Positions 9,340-17,154 of a stretch of 19,684 nucleotides of DNA are shown piece by piece (position 1 is the first letter of the stretch; the number at the start of each line of letters is the position of its first letter). Source of the DNA: Acutalibacteraceae bacterium (lineage in GTDB: Bacteria; Bacillota; Clostridia; Oscillospirales; Acutalibacteraceae); assembly GCA_045643805.1 (NCBI GenBank), contig JAZRFT010000006.1, positions 1 through 19,684 on the forward strand. The letters are read 5' to 3'. The notes beneath the pieces were generated by a model. The model ran no database searches and was not told the DNA's origin. It saw nothing but the letters and a program-made list of their open reading frames with translations. Position numbers and translations under genes: made by a program.

Positions 9340-9364
9340 GGTAAAAAACGAAAGGAGCCACGGT

Positions 9365-11086
9365 ATGAAAGTCATTATTTCCACCCTTAACTCAAAATAC
9401 ATACACTCATCCCTTGCACCGTGGTGCCTTTTCACCGCCTGCAGGGACTACTGCAAGAAAAATCACAACATAAAAGTAATCGAAGGCACGGTCAACGAAA
9501 AAGCCGATGCGGTGCTTAAAAAAATAACCGACGAAAGCCCCGATGCCGTTGCCTTTTCCGTTTATATATGGAACCGGGTTAAGACACTTGACCTCTGCCG
9601 TGAAATCAAAAAATCAAGTCCCGACACGGTTATAATTCTCGGCGGTCCCGAGGTTGCATATAACCAAAGAGAAATTCTTGAAAAATATAGTTTTGTTGAC
9701 TATGTTCTCTCGGGTGAGGGTGAAATAATTCTCCCGAGACTCCTTGATTTTATATCAAGCGGTCTTTTACCCGAGGACATTGACGGTGTAAGCTACCGCA
9801 AAAACGGTGAGCTTATCATAAAAAACGAGGCTATCGGTGAAAGCTTTGACTACCCCTCCCCCTATTGCAAGGAATATTTTGAAGCCCTCGGCGGCAGAAT
9901 CACTTACATTGAAACAAGCCGTGGATGTCCCTTTAATTGTGCCTACTGCCTTTCGGGACGGTGCGGAAAGGTTAAATTCAAAAGTCTTGAGCAAACAAAA
10001 GAGGAAATTCTCTTACTTGCAAATTCAGGTACAAAAACCGTTAAATTTGTCGACCGTACCTTTAACTGCAACAACTCCCGCGCGGTAGAAATTTTCCGAT
10101 TTATAAACGAAAATTACGGCAAGGCTATCCCCCGTGGAGTGTGCTTCCACTTTGAGATAAGTGCCGATATTTTAAAGGACAGCTTTATTGAGGAGGTCAG
10201 CCGTGCCGTACCCGGTGCCGTTCAGTTTGAAGCAGGTATTCAGTCAATGAACGCTGACACCCTTGAGGCAATCGGCAGAAAGTGTAACATGGACAAGCTT
10301 TGCGAAAACATAAAAAAGCTTGTGGCTATTCGCAGCTGTCATATACATACTGATCTTATTGCAGGTCTGCCCTATGAAACCCTTGAAAGCTTCATTGACG
10401 GCTTCAACAAAAGCTACTCCCTCGGTGCGGATATGCTCCAGCTCGGATTTCTCAAGCTTCTTCACGGCTCACCCTTAAGGGATAATGCCGACACTTTTCC
10501 TTGCGAGTTTTCACCCGAGCCGCCCTATGAAATCCTCTCAACACCCACAATGTCAAAAGCTGACCTTGATATACTCCGCACCGCTGAAAAAGAGGTTGAC
10601 CGACTTCACAACAGCGGACGCTTCCGCCGTACTCTCGAATATATTTTTGATGTATCGAACAAGACTCCCTTTGAGCTTTTCCATTTCCTCGGGAAGCAAT
10701 TTGCCAAAGCTCTACCCGACAACGGTGTTCCCCTTGACCGCTACACCGATGCCCTTTACGCGGTTCTCTCCTCCCTTGAAGGAGTAACCCCCGACGTACT
10801 TCGCGACAAAATGATTTACGACCGCCTTGCAACTAACAATTCGGCAATTATCCCAAAAAGCCTTTGCATTGAGGACCCAAGACTCAAAAAAGTCAAGCAC
10901 CGTCTTGCACTCGATTATCCTATGAAAAAGGGAGTCTGCCGCAGTGTTGCGATACTTTACTCCGAAGGCAGGGTTGTTTTCTGCGATTATGAGGGTGAAA
11001 AATCTGCCCTTGGTGAATATTCTGTAAGAGAGATGAATTTCGACTTTTTCGGTGAAACTTTTTTTGATTTTGATATTGACAAGTGA
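9365..11086 (+). CDS. B12-binding domain radical SAM protein
   Basis: SAM-cluster motif ETSRGCPFNCAYCLSG (CxxxCxxC) follows an N-terminal B12-binding-like Rossmann region (KVIISTLNSKYIH...AFSVYIWN...IILGGPE). AAAGGAG precedes the ATG at 9365 (MKVIIST...), in frame with the 9338 ORF start. Confidence 0.85.
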   Translation: MKVIISTLNSKYIHSSLAPWCLFTACRDYCKKNHNIKVIEGTVNEKADAVLKKITDESPDAVAFSVYIWNRVKTLDLCREIKKSSPDTVIILGGPEVAYNQREILEKYSFVDYVLSGEGEIILPRLLDFISSGLLPEDIDGVSYRKNGELIIKNEAIGESFDYPSPYCKEYFEALGGRITYIETSRGCPFNCAYCLSGRCGKVKFKSLEQTKEEILLLANSGTKTVKFVDRTFNCNNSRAVEIFRFINENYGKAIPRGVCFHFEISADILKDSFIEEVSRAVPGAVQFEAGIQSMNADTLEAIGRKCNMDKLCENIKKLVAIRSCHIHTDLIAGLPYETLESFIDGFNKSYSLGADMLQLGFLKLLHGSPLRDNADTFPCEFSPEPPYEILSTPTMSKADLDILRTAEKEVDRLHNSGRFRRTLEYIFDVSNKTPFELFHFLGKQFAKALPDNGVPLDRYTDALYAVLSSLEGVTPDVLRDKMIYDRLATNNSAIIPKSLCIEDPRLKKVKHRLALDYPMKKGVCRSVAILYSEGRVVFCDYEGEKSALGEYSVREMNFDFFGETFFDFDIDK

Positions 11087-11128
11087 ATTAAAATGAGGTA
11101 TAATCAACGAGCTGTTAAAAAATAGCTT

Positions 11129-11204
11129 GCTGATATAGCTCAGTCGGTAGAGTGCATCCTTGGTAAGGATGAGGTCACCGGTTCAAATCCGGTTATCAGC
11201 TCCA
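11129..11204 (+). tRNA. tRNA-Thr (anticodon GGT)
   Basis: 76-nt cloverleaf. Acceptor GCTGATA/TATCAGC, D arm GCTC-AGTCGGTA-GAGT, anticodon arm CATCC-TTGGTAA-GGATG (anticodon GGT), T arm ACCGG-TTCAAAT-CCGGT, encoded CCA. Confidence 0.9.
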
Positions 11205-11237
11205 AACCCTTGAAACTTCAGGTTTCAAGGGTTTTTT
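11205..11237 (+). terminator. Rho-independent terminator after the tRNA
   Basis: Stem CCCTTGAAAC (11207-11216) / GTTTCAAGGG (11222-11231), then TTTTTTC. Confidence 0.7.
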
Positions 11238-11288
11238 CTTTTGCTTTTGATATTTTTATCTGACTACATCCTTTTTTACATTTTTTTA

Positions 11289-12242
11289 ATGAAGGGATGC
11301 GGTCATATTATGCGTTCAAAAATTGTATTTCGTGGACAGTCAGAGAAATTATTTTATGAGGTGTTTGAAGACTTCATTATTTCTCAAACTGCAAGGGGTA
11401 TTTCAGATATTACTATCAGAAATTACCGTCAGCATTTACACAGTATATCCAAACATTTGGATATAGAAACACCCTTTGAAGAATTAACCAAAAGACACCT
11501 TGATGAAATGATTTTATCTATGAGGGCAAACGGTCTTGCTCATAACTCAATAGCAACCTATGTTCGGATGCTTCACACCTTCTTTAATTGGTGCAACCGT
11601 GAGGGAATTTCAGACCTCAATATATCAAGTATCAGAGAAAAAGAAACAATCAAAGAAACCTATTCAGACGAAGAACTTGAACGGCTTCTTAAAAGACCGG
11701 GAAAGGAAGCGGAATTCGGTGAGTTCAGGTGTTGGGTTATTGTAAACTTCTTTATGAACTGCGGATGCCGTGCGGCGACTGTCCGCAATATTCAGAACCG
11801 TGATGTTGACCTGAAGGGAAGACAGATAATATTCAGACACAACAAGAACGGCAAAATTCAGGTTGTTCCTCTTTGCAGTAGAATGGTTCTTATTTTAAGT
11901 GATTATATGTCTGTCCGCAAAGGCAAACCTGAAGACTATCTTTTCTGTAATCAATACGGTGAAATGCTGACGGAAAATGCCCTCAGCCTTGCAATTAAAA
12001 GATATAATAAAAAGCGAGGAGTAAAGAAAACAAGTATGCACCTGTTCCGCCACACATTTGCAAGAAAATATTTGGTTGACTGTGGCGGTGATGCCTTTAT
12101 GCTTCAGCGACTTTTGGGGCATAGCACTCTGAATATGACAAAACATTACTGTTCTATTTTTGATGCGGACATTTCAAAGAACTATGACCGTGTTTCACCC
12201 TTGGAACAGTTAACAAAACCAAAAGAGACCATTAAACGCTGA
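11289..12242 (+). CDS. Tyrosine-type site-specific integrase
   Basis: C-terminal catalytic motifs MHLFRHTFARKYL and LLGHSTLNMTKHY (R..HxxR..H..Y), and an N-terminal SAM-like core-binding domain. The ORF is open from 11241. Candidate ATG starts are 11289 and 11310; neither has a strong SD. Confidence 0.85.
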   Translation: MKGCGHIMRSKIVFRGQSEKLFYEVFEDFIISQTARGISDITIRNYRQHLHSISKHLDIETPFEELTKRHLDEMILSMRANGLAHNSIATYVRMLHTFFNWCNREGISDLNISSIREKETIKETYSDEELERLLKRPGKEAEFGEFRCWVIVNFFMNCGCRAATVRNIQNRDVDLKGRQIIFRHNKNGKIQVVPLCSRMVLILSDYMSVRKGKPEDYLFCNQYGEMLTENALSLAIKRYNKKRGVKKTSMHLFRHTFARKYLVDCGGDAFMLQRLLGHSTLNMTKHYCSIFDADISKNYDRVSPLEQLTKPKETIKR

Positions 12243-12246
12243 TTTG

Positions 12247-12272
12247 AACATCTCTGAACATCTTATAACATC
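12247..12272 (+). repeat. Three AACATC direct repeats with exact 10-bp phasing
   Basis: AACATC at 12247-12252, 12257-12262 and 12267-12272 (first two copies extend to TGAACATCT), immediately after the integrase stop codon. Confidence 0.6.
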
Positions 12273-12281
12273 AACGAGCAA

Positions 12282-12309
12282 AGGGCGAAGGAATTTTAAC
12301 CTTCGCCCT
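12282..12309. terminator. Bidirectional hairpin between convergent integrase and WYL genes
   Basis: 10-bp stem AGGGCGAAGG (12282-12291) / CCTTCGCCCT (12300-12309). The 3' arm overlaps the end of the WYL ORF. Confidence 0.6.
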
Positions 12310-13318
12310 CATCTTTATACATATCTGAAACTTTTTCAATAAATTTTTTCATTTCCTCAACAACCGGCTGAGGGCTTAATATCTTTGCACCTCTTCCAAA
12401 AGTAGAAATCCACGCATAGAACGGCGGACTTGTTTCAATCAGAGCTGTAAATGTAAAGTGCTTGTCTCCGTCAGGTATCATAATTATATCTTTGCCGAAT
12501 TGGTCTATAACGGCATCCGCAAAACGGTTGATGAAACGCATTTTTACATTATGCTTGTCTCCGTGATACATCTGAAACACCTTTGCTTCTCTGTTAGTCA
12601 GGTGTTCAGCTTTAAATAGTTCCGCACCCTCACGGTCTTCAGGAATTGGACTTGTTATCCGTTCCATGCGGTCAACTCTGAAACTGTGGAAGCCCTCTTT
12701 TTCTGAAAGGTAAGCATAAAGATAATAATTGCCATTATCCCAATGGAACGCAAAGGGGCTGACTATATATAACTCACCCTTCTTTGAATATTGCTTGGGT
12801 TTCTGCTTGTTGGGGGTATAATGAAAATACCTGAACCCTATTTTCATATTCAGAGAAATTGCAAGATGTATCTTGTCAACATCCTTTACAACACTGTCAT
12901 TTTTACTGCGGACACGGTTTGACACATAAGCGGTTCTGTTCAGACTGTCCTTTGTGTAAACATCTGCAAAATCTTTGATTTTTGCCGTAATTGACCGTGC
13001 TTCCTCTTGGGTAATAAACTTTGATGACTGAATACTGTCAACAATCAAACGCAGTTCGTATGGCTCAAATTTGGGCTTTGTTATATAATACCCTCTTTGT
13101 TTTGCACTGTATTCAATCGGTTCGCCGAAGTCAACCTGAAGCCTGAATATATCGTTATATATCGTTTTCGGTGATGCTTCAATTCCTTTTGAAGCTAAAT
13201 ATTCGCAAATCTTATTTGCATTTTTTGCGTGGTCTTTGTTTGTGTTCGCCCTCAAATAGTCTCTGATGTAAAGAAGCTTTACGCCTTGACCTGAAGACCT
13301 ACCTTGACCGACTGCCAT
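12296..13318 (-). CDS. HTH-WYL-WCX transcriptional regulator (BrxR/CapW-like architecture)
   Basis: 340 aa. N-terminal winged HTH (ICEYLASKGIEASPKTIYNDIFRL), central WYL-type SH3 barrel (IGFRYFHY...LYIVSPFAFHWDNGNYYLYAY...FRVDRM), C-terminal extension. GGAAGGTGA lies upstream of the ATG. Confidence 0.8.
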   Translation of the reverse strand: MAVGQGRSSGQGVKLLYIRDYLRANTNKDHAKNANKICEYLASKGIEASPKTIYNDIFRLQVDFGEPIEYSAKQRGYYITKPKFEPYELRLIVDSIQSSKFITQEEARSITAKIKDFADVYTKDSLNRTAYVSNRVRSKNDSVVKDVDKIHLAISLNMKIGFRYFHYTPNKQKPKQYSKKGELYIVSPFAFHWDNGNYYLYAYLSEKEGFHSFRVDRMERITSPIPEDREGAELFKAEHLTNREAKVFQMYHGDKHNVKMRFINRFADAVIDQFGKDIIMIPDGDKHFTFTALIETSPPFYAWISTFGRGAKILSPQPVVEEMKKFIEKVSDMYKDEGEG

Positions 13319-13400
13319 AATATCACCTTCCTGTGTATATTGGAATGATTATAGCATAGAAAAAGTGTTAAAGTAAAGATGCAATAAAATGAACAAAACC

Positions 13401-13433
13401 CAATAAAAAAGAGATATCAGTTATGATACCTCT
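13401..13433 (-). terminator. Rho-independent terminator after the methyltransferase gene
   Basis: On the minus strand, stem AGAGGTATC / GATATCTCT (one mismatch) with the MTase stop codon in the loop, followed by TTTTTTATT. Confidence 0.55.
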
Positions 13434-14155
13434 TTTTCTAATCTTTTTTCAGTTGCTCTCATATAAGTTTCGTCTATCTCGATTCCTATATATTTTCTAT
13501 TGTTTCTTAATGCTGCTATACCTGTGCTGCCTACCCCATTAAAACAATCAAGAACCACATCATTTTCATTGGAAGCAATTTTGATTATTTTTTCAAGTAT
13601 AGACACGGGCTTTTGTGTTGGGTGTAAATTTTTTCCACTTTCATCTTTCACTCGTTCAGAACCCATGCAAATACCTGATTCTATAAAATTGTGCATATCT
13701 TTTTGATTTGTAAAATTCCAAGTGTGTCCTTTATTCCAACAACTAACAATGAGTTCGCAACTATTTAAAAATGATGATTTTCTAAAGTTCGGAACAGGAT
13801 TTGTTTTATGCCATACCATAAATTGAAATGTGTCAAATTCAGGGTCGAACACTTTATGATATTCACCAATAATATTGTAAGAACAAAATATAAATATGTT
13901 TCCGTTTGGTTTTAAAATCCTCTTGAACTCACCTATAAGGTCTTGAGGTTTTAACTCTGTCAAATCCCATTCTGCTAAATCATTATTGATTTCACTTCGC
14001 CAATCAAATTTCATATTGCCTGTGCTATATTGAGCAATATTATATGGGGGGTCAGTCAATATTAAATCTATTGAATTGTCGGGGATATTTTTTAAGGCAG
14101 AAAAACAATCATCGTTAATCAACAAGTATTTTTCTATGCTCTGAATATCTATCAT
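13421..14155 (-). CDS. Type II DNA methyltransferase, beta-class N6-adenine/N4-cytosine (DPPY)
   Basis: 244 aa. Catalytic motif IV LILTDPPYNIAQ near the N-terminus and SAM-binding motif I VLDCFNGVGSTGIAA near the C-terminus (beta permutation). The start overlaps the upstream ORF stop as ATGA. Confidence 0.85.
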   Translation of the reverse strand: MIDIQSIEKYLLINDDCFSALKNIPDNSIDLILTDPPYNIAQYSTGNMKFDWRSEINNDLAEWDLTELKPQDLIGEFKRILKPNGNIFIFCSYNIIGEYHKVFDPEFDTFQFMVWHKTNPVPNFRKSSFLNSCELIVSCWNKGHTWNFTNQKDMHNFIESGICMGSERVKDESGKNLHPTQKPVSILEKIIKIASNENDVVLDCFNGVGSTGIAALRNNRKYIGIEIDETYMRATEKRLEKEVS

Positions 14156-14976
14156 CTAAAATACATTCCTTTTATCTTTGTTAATGCAGTTCTTATTTTG
14201 TCTGCGGATTTTTTATACTGATTGAATACAATTTCAAAACCTTTTTCATCATTACAAACAAAGTTCCAATATTCTTTACCAATCAACAATTCATCTTCTG
14301 CAAAAAATTGTTTTACTCTTTCTTGTTTCCAAGTCTTGCCCTCACCAAACTTGTTATAAGCAGTTCCGAAAAAGATTTTTATTTTTGCAGTCGCATCATC
14401 TTTTAATTGATTTTTTAACAAAAAGTATTCTTCAAGTAATGCTGTTTTTTCCGCACGAGCTTTCTTATTATCTAAATCTCCTGATGCTTTTAACTCAATT
14501 AAATAATGTTCATTCTTCTCTTTGCAGTAAAAATAATTGTCAGTTATATGAGTTCTTTTATAACTTGTTATATCTCTTGGATATATAGATGAGTATGTAG
14601 AATAATGGTTTATATCAGGGGTTGTTATGTGGTCTACATAACTATCTAATATTGATGATATTCTTGAAATTTGGTCAGGCAATATAAATGAATTAATATC
14701 ACCTTTTACTTCATAGGATAATTTTGCGATATTATTACCCATTTTTTCAAGAACATTACCAAAAGAAGAGTCAAAAGAACGGACAAAGGCGGAGTAAAAC
14801 ATAAATTCTTCGCCAAGTTCTGCAATAAAGCAGTTATTCTTTTTCATATTGATAACACCATTAACATCATCAACTTCATCAGAATATCTGCTTATTAAGC
14901 CCTCGGCGAATGCTTCTATTGCGGTATCAACTACTATCTCTATTGCCTTTTGCTTCTGCATATCCATATTCAACAT
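14152..14976 (-). CDS. Putative type II restriction endonuclease partner of the methyltransferase
   Basis: 274-aa ORF translationally coupled (ATGA) to the MTase. It has a possible PD-(D/E)xK-like core (HITDNYF...HYLIELKASGDLD). Family assignment is not secure from sequence alone. Confidence 0.5.
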   Translation of the reverse strand: MLNMDMQKQKAIEIVVDTAIEAFAEGLISRYSDEVDDVNGVINMKKNNCFIAELGEEFMFYSAFVRSFDSSFGNVLEKMGNNIAKLSYEVKGDINSFILPDQISRISSILDSYVDHITTPDINHYSTYSSIYPRDITSYKRTHITDNYFYCKEKNEHYLIELKASGDLDNKKARAEKTALLEEYFLLKNQLKDDATAKIKIFFGTAYNKFGEGKTWKQERVKQFFAEDELLIGKEYWNFVCNDEKGFEIVFNQYKKSADKIRTALTKIKGMYFR

Positions 14977-15002
14977 CCTCTCATATAACTATAACTTTTC
15001 AT

Positions 15003-15031
15003 AGTATAACATAAGATTTCCGTTATTTCAA
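15003..15031 (-). promoter_or_regulatory. Sigma-A type promoter for the R-M operon
   Basis: On the minus strand TTGAAA (15031-15026), 17 nt, extended -10 TGTTATACT (-10 hexamer at 15008-15003). Confidence 0.5.
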
Positions 15032-15104
15032 TGGGTTTTAATTAAACAAAAAAATTATAATTGAGTAAATAATGTTGTGAAAAATTTGATGCCTTGCTTT
15101 CAAT

Positions 15105-15692
15105 TTATTTTTCCAAAAGCCCCACATATTTATAAATCGTGGTTCTACTCAAACCGCACACCCTTGCAAATTCTGAAATGTTCAGATTGCCTGATTTATA
15201 AGACGGATAATGCCTGTAAAACATCTGCGGAATTTGGTCTGTGGTTGTATGAGGGCGACCTATTTTTACACCCTTGCTTTTGGCATTTGCCATTCCTGAA
15301 CGCACTCTTTCTCTGATAATGCGAAGTTCAAGTTCTGCAAACACACCTGACATCTGAATGAACGCATTTGTCATGGGGTCAATCTGACCGTTTGTGCAGT
15401 CAACCGTAATACTGCCAACAATAACAAGCTTAAGCTTCTTTTCTCTTACGGTTTCAATTATCTCACAAAGTTGTTTTGTGCTTCGTGCAAGTCTTGAAAC
15501 TTCAAGGGTGTATATTGTGTCGCCCTCATGAGCCTGTTCCAAAAGTGAAGAAAGTTCTTGTTTTATGGCACTGTCGCCGTGTTCGTATTCGAGGTATATC
15601 TGTTCTGCACCTGCGGTCTTCAGCTCTCTGACCTGACGGTCAATGTCCTGTTTGCTTTCATTCGTGCTACATCTTGCATATCCGTAATACAT
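15105..15692 (-). CDS. Small serine recombinase (resolvase/invertase family) with C-terminal HTH
   Basis: 195 aa. N-terminal YGYARCSTNESKQDIDRQ (catalytic Ser9), SRLARS, FAELELRIIRERVRSG, and C-terminal HTH ISEFARVCGLSRTTIYKYV. Confidence 0.85.
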   Translation of the reverse strand: MYYGYARCSTNESKQDIDRQVRELKTAGAEQIYLEYEHGDSAIKQELSSLLEQAHEGDTIYTLEVSRLARSTKQLCEIIETVREKKLKLVIVGSITVDCTNGQIDPMTNAFIQMSGVFAELELRIIRERVRSGMANAKSKGVKIGRPHTTTDQIPQMFYRHYPSYKSGNLNISEFARVCGLSRTTIYKYVGLLEK

Positions 15693-15706
15693 AATTTATC
15701 TTCCTT

Positions 15707-15973
15707 TCAATCAATAAAAGTATCATAAGTGAATTTAGCACCGAGCCTGAACCCTGATATAAAACTATCACAAATACTGATGCTTGAAAATTCATTGTAA
15801 GCATCTGTGTATTTGACGAACAATTCTTTTTCGGCTTCAGGAAGCTTTGCAGTCAACTCTTCCTCTTTCTTTACAAGTTCGCCGAGCTTCCTTTTAAGCT
15901 TCGGTGTAATTTTAGTGTTAAGTTCTTGCGGTTCTATATTGCCGTAATAAAAGGCTTCAATAAAATCTGACAT
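15707..15973 (-). CDS. Hypothetical small protein
   Basis: The ORF is open from 15997, but codons 1-8 lie inside an intergenic hairpin. The ATG at 15973 (MSDFIEAFYYGN...) has AAAGGA upstream. It sits in an operon with the recombinase. Confidence 0.55.
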   Translation of the reverse strand: MSDFIEAFYYGNIEPQELNTKITPKLKRKLGELVKKEEELTAKLPEAEKELFVKYTDAYNEFSSISICDSFISGFRLGAKFTYDTFID

Positions 15974-15988
15974 AATTGTATCCTTTCT

Positions 15989-16012
15989 CTGCCCCACTTT
16001 TGCGTGGGGCAG
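15989..16012 (-). other. Intercistronic hairpin
   Basis: 8-bp stem CTGCCCCA / TGGGGCAG with an 8-nt loop. No T-run, so this is more likely an RNA processing/stability element than a full terminator. Confidence 0.4.
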
Positions 16013-16023
16013 TTCCTGTTTTA

Positions 16024-16299
16024 TCAGCAGATTGTGAAACGGCGACTGCTGACCTGTTTTGTAAACTCCTGATACATTTCACCGTGAGACTTTTTAAAAG
16101 CCGTTGTATCAAATCTGTTTGACAGAACTGATGTCCAACGAACTATGTAAGCTCCGGCTTCAAGCTCTTCTGTGTTCTGCTGAAGCATCTCTGCTTTGAT
16201 ACTGTCTCTGAGGGCTTCGGCTTCTGCCTTGGCTTCTTCGATGATTGCTTCCCATTCTGTGAGGGCTTCAATTTTGCTGATGATTTCTTTTGTTGACAT
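16024..16299 (-). CDS. Hypothetical coiled-coil protein
   Basis: 91-aa ORF, first gene of the leftward operon. Helical acidic N-terminus (EAIIEEAKAEAEALRDSIKAEM). No recognisable catalytic motif. Confidence 0.55.
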   Translation of the reverse strand: MSTKEIISKIEALTEWEAIIEEAKAEAEALRDSIKAEMLQQNTEELEAGAYIVRWTSVLSNRFDTTAFKKSHGEMYQEFTKQVSSRRFTIC

Positions 16300-16347
16300 T
16301 GTTTTTACTTCCTTTCGGTTTTGTGTTTTGTTTTATTTGATGTATTC

Positions 16348-16454
16348 ATTATAGCACTAATATTTAGTGTTGTCCATTGACATATTGCACTAACTTTCAG
16401 TGTTATATTTGTGCAAATTTAGCACTTGTTTTTAGTGCATAGTTATGATAGAAT
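16348..16454. promoter_or_regulatory. Divergent promoter region with three 6-3-6 palindromic operators
   Basis: O1 CACTAA-TAT-TTAGTG (16355-16369, perfect), O2 CACTAA-CTT-TCAGTG (16388-16402), O3 GCACTTG-TTT-TTAGTGC (16422-16438). Centres are 33 and 35 bp apart. Leftward promoter TGGACA (16376-16371), 17 nt, TATAAT (16353-16348), with O1 filling the spacer. Rightward promoter TTGTTT (16426-16431), 17 nt, TGaTAGAAT (-10 hexamer at 16449-16454), overlapping O3. Confidence 0.65.
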
Positions 16455-16482
16455 GTTTACAATAGGAAAGGTGGCGAAAAAA

Positions 16483-16707
16483 ATGGCGATACAATACAAG
16501 ATTGATATTATGGCAGAACTGAAAAGCAAAGGTTATTCTTCAACAAAAATCCGTGAAGAAAAACTTATCGGTCAGTCATACCTTCAGCAAATCAGACACG
16601 GCGAATTGGTCTCTTGGAAAACCATTGACACAATCTGCTCTCTCTTGGACTGTCAGGTAGGCGACTTGGTTGAATATGTAAAAGAACCAACTGTTCAAGA
16701 AAGGTAA
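16483..16707 (+). CDS. XRE/Cro-type helix-turn-helix regulator
   Basis: AGGAAAGGTGG precedes the ATG at 16483 (MAIQYKID...), in frame with the 16426 ORF-track start. 74 aa with the C-terminal block TIDTICSLLDCQVGDLVEYV typical of short Cro/CI-like HTH proteins. Confidence 0.7.
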   Translation: MAIQYKIDIMAELKSKGYSSTKIREEKLIGQSYLQQIRHGELVSWKTIDTICSLLDCQVGDLVEYVKEPTVQER

Positions 16708-16733
16708 AATTTGTTTCTTATACAAAAAAAGGG

Positions 16734-16749
16734 CAAAATGAGGGCGGTT
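16734..16749 (+). repeat. Copy A of a 16-bp exact direct repeat CAAAATGAGGGCGGTT
   Basis: Identical 16-mer at 16734-16749 and 18605-18620, same orientation. Confidence 0.8.
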
Positions 16750-16979
16750 TACACCTCTTTTTTACCCACCTGAAAGTGTCTGCGGAATGTAATGCTTTTG
16801 CGACACCTACCCCGGGGGTGTATTCCGGGAAAGTTCAGGATTGATTGCGGACTTGCGGTTTTGGGTGGCTCACTCTCCGTCTGAATGATGTTTTTAATCT
16901 GAATGACGGTTTTGTTGACCGCAAAGGATACAATGAAAATACTCCGTCAGACGAACCAAAAGGAACATAACGAAAAAAT
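16750..16979. other. Structured non-coding region (candidate ori/oriT or ncRNA)
   Basis: About 230 nt with no credible ORF. Direct repeats CTCCGTC(T/A)GA (16874-16883, 16942-16951) and TCTGAATGA (16879-16887, 16899-16907). Complementary segments CCGTC/GACGG. Hairpins GTGTC...GACAC (16777-16807) and ACACC..GGTGT around the CCCCGGGG palindrome (16803-16821). Confidence 0.4.
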
Positions 16980-17014
16980 ACGGCAGACCGTGAGTTTTTA
17001 TCTTGGTCTGCCGT
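16980..17014 (-). terminator. Rho-independent terminator ending the amber-containing operon
   Basis: 10-bp perfect stem ACGGCAGACC (16980-16989) / GGTCTGCCGT (17005-17014), followed on the minus strand by ATTTTTT. Confidence 0.75.
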
Positions 17015-17019
17015 TTATC

Positions 17020-17154
17020 TTATTTCCAATCTTTGAAGATTTCATCAAGTGCCATATCAAGTGCGGTCTTCATGCTTTTCTGAAGGAATGAAAACAATTC
17101 TGCTTCAATCACACTTTTCTTCTTTTTCTTCTTGTTATCTCTTTGGTTTGCCAT
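17020..17154 (-). CDS. Small basic protein, 44 aa (below the ORF-track cutoff)
   Basis: MANQRDNKKKKKKSVIEAELFSFLQKSMKTALDMALDEIFKDWK. The ATG at 17154 overlaps the upstream stop as TAATG, GGTGA lies upstream, TAA is at 17020-17022 and a terminator follows 6 nt later. Confidence 0.45.
   Translation of the reverse strand: MANQRDNKKKKKKSVIEAELFSFLQKSMKTALDMALDEIFKDWK

Noticed and set aside
1983-9364. The longest-ORF start codons at 1983 (LCP) and 9338 (radical SAM).
   Set aside because: Both fall at or inside the predicted -10 region or transcription start of their own promoters and lack SD sites. The in-frame ATGs at 2010 and 9365 have GGAGG and AAAGGAG upstream.
14977-15104. An invertible promoter segment controlled by the adjacent serine recombinase.
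   Set aside because: I found no flanking inverted repeats around the R-M promoter region.
409-15316. Many ORF-track entries antisense to or nested in well-supported genes (for example 409-768, 2200-2466, 2700-3446, 3805-4020, 4355-4728, 5114-5473, 5322-5909, 6435-6818, 7026-7334, 7469-7753, 7834-8161, 8080-8500, 8546-8877, 8931-9113, 9767-10088, 10244-10832, 10712-11107, 11560-11745, 11895-12146, 13500-13706, 14385-14588, 15077-15316).
   Set aside because: Each overlaps a longer ORF on the other strand or in another frame that has clear family motifs and ribosome-binding sites. Their translations are low-complexity or motif-free.
16750-16979. A suppressor tRNA (CUA anticodon) hidden in the non-coding region or elsewhere in the element.
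   Set aside because: I found no acceptor/T-arm cloverleaf and no CTCTAA-type anticodon loop by eye. Only tRNA-Thr at 11129-11204 folds as a tRNA. A suppressor, if any, must lie outside the window.
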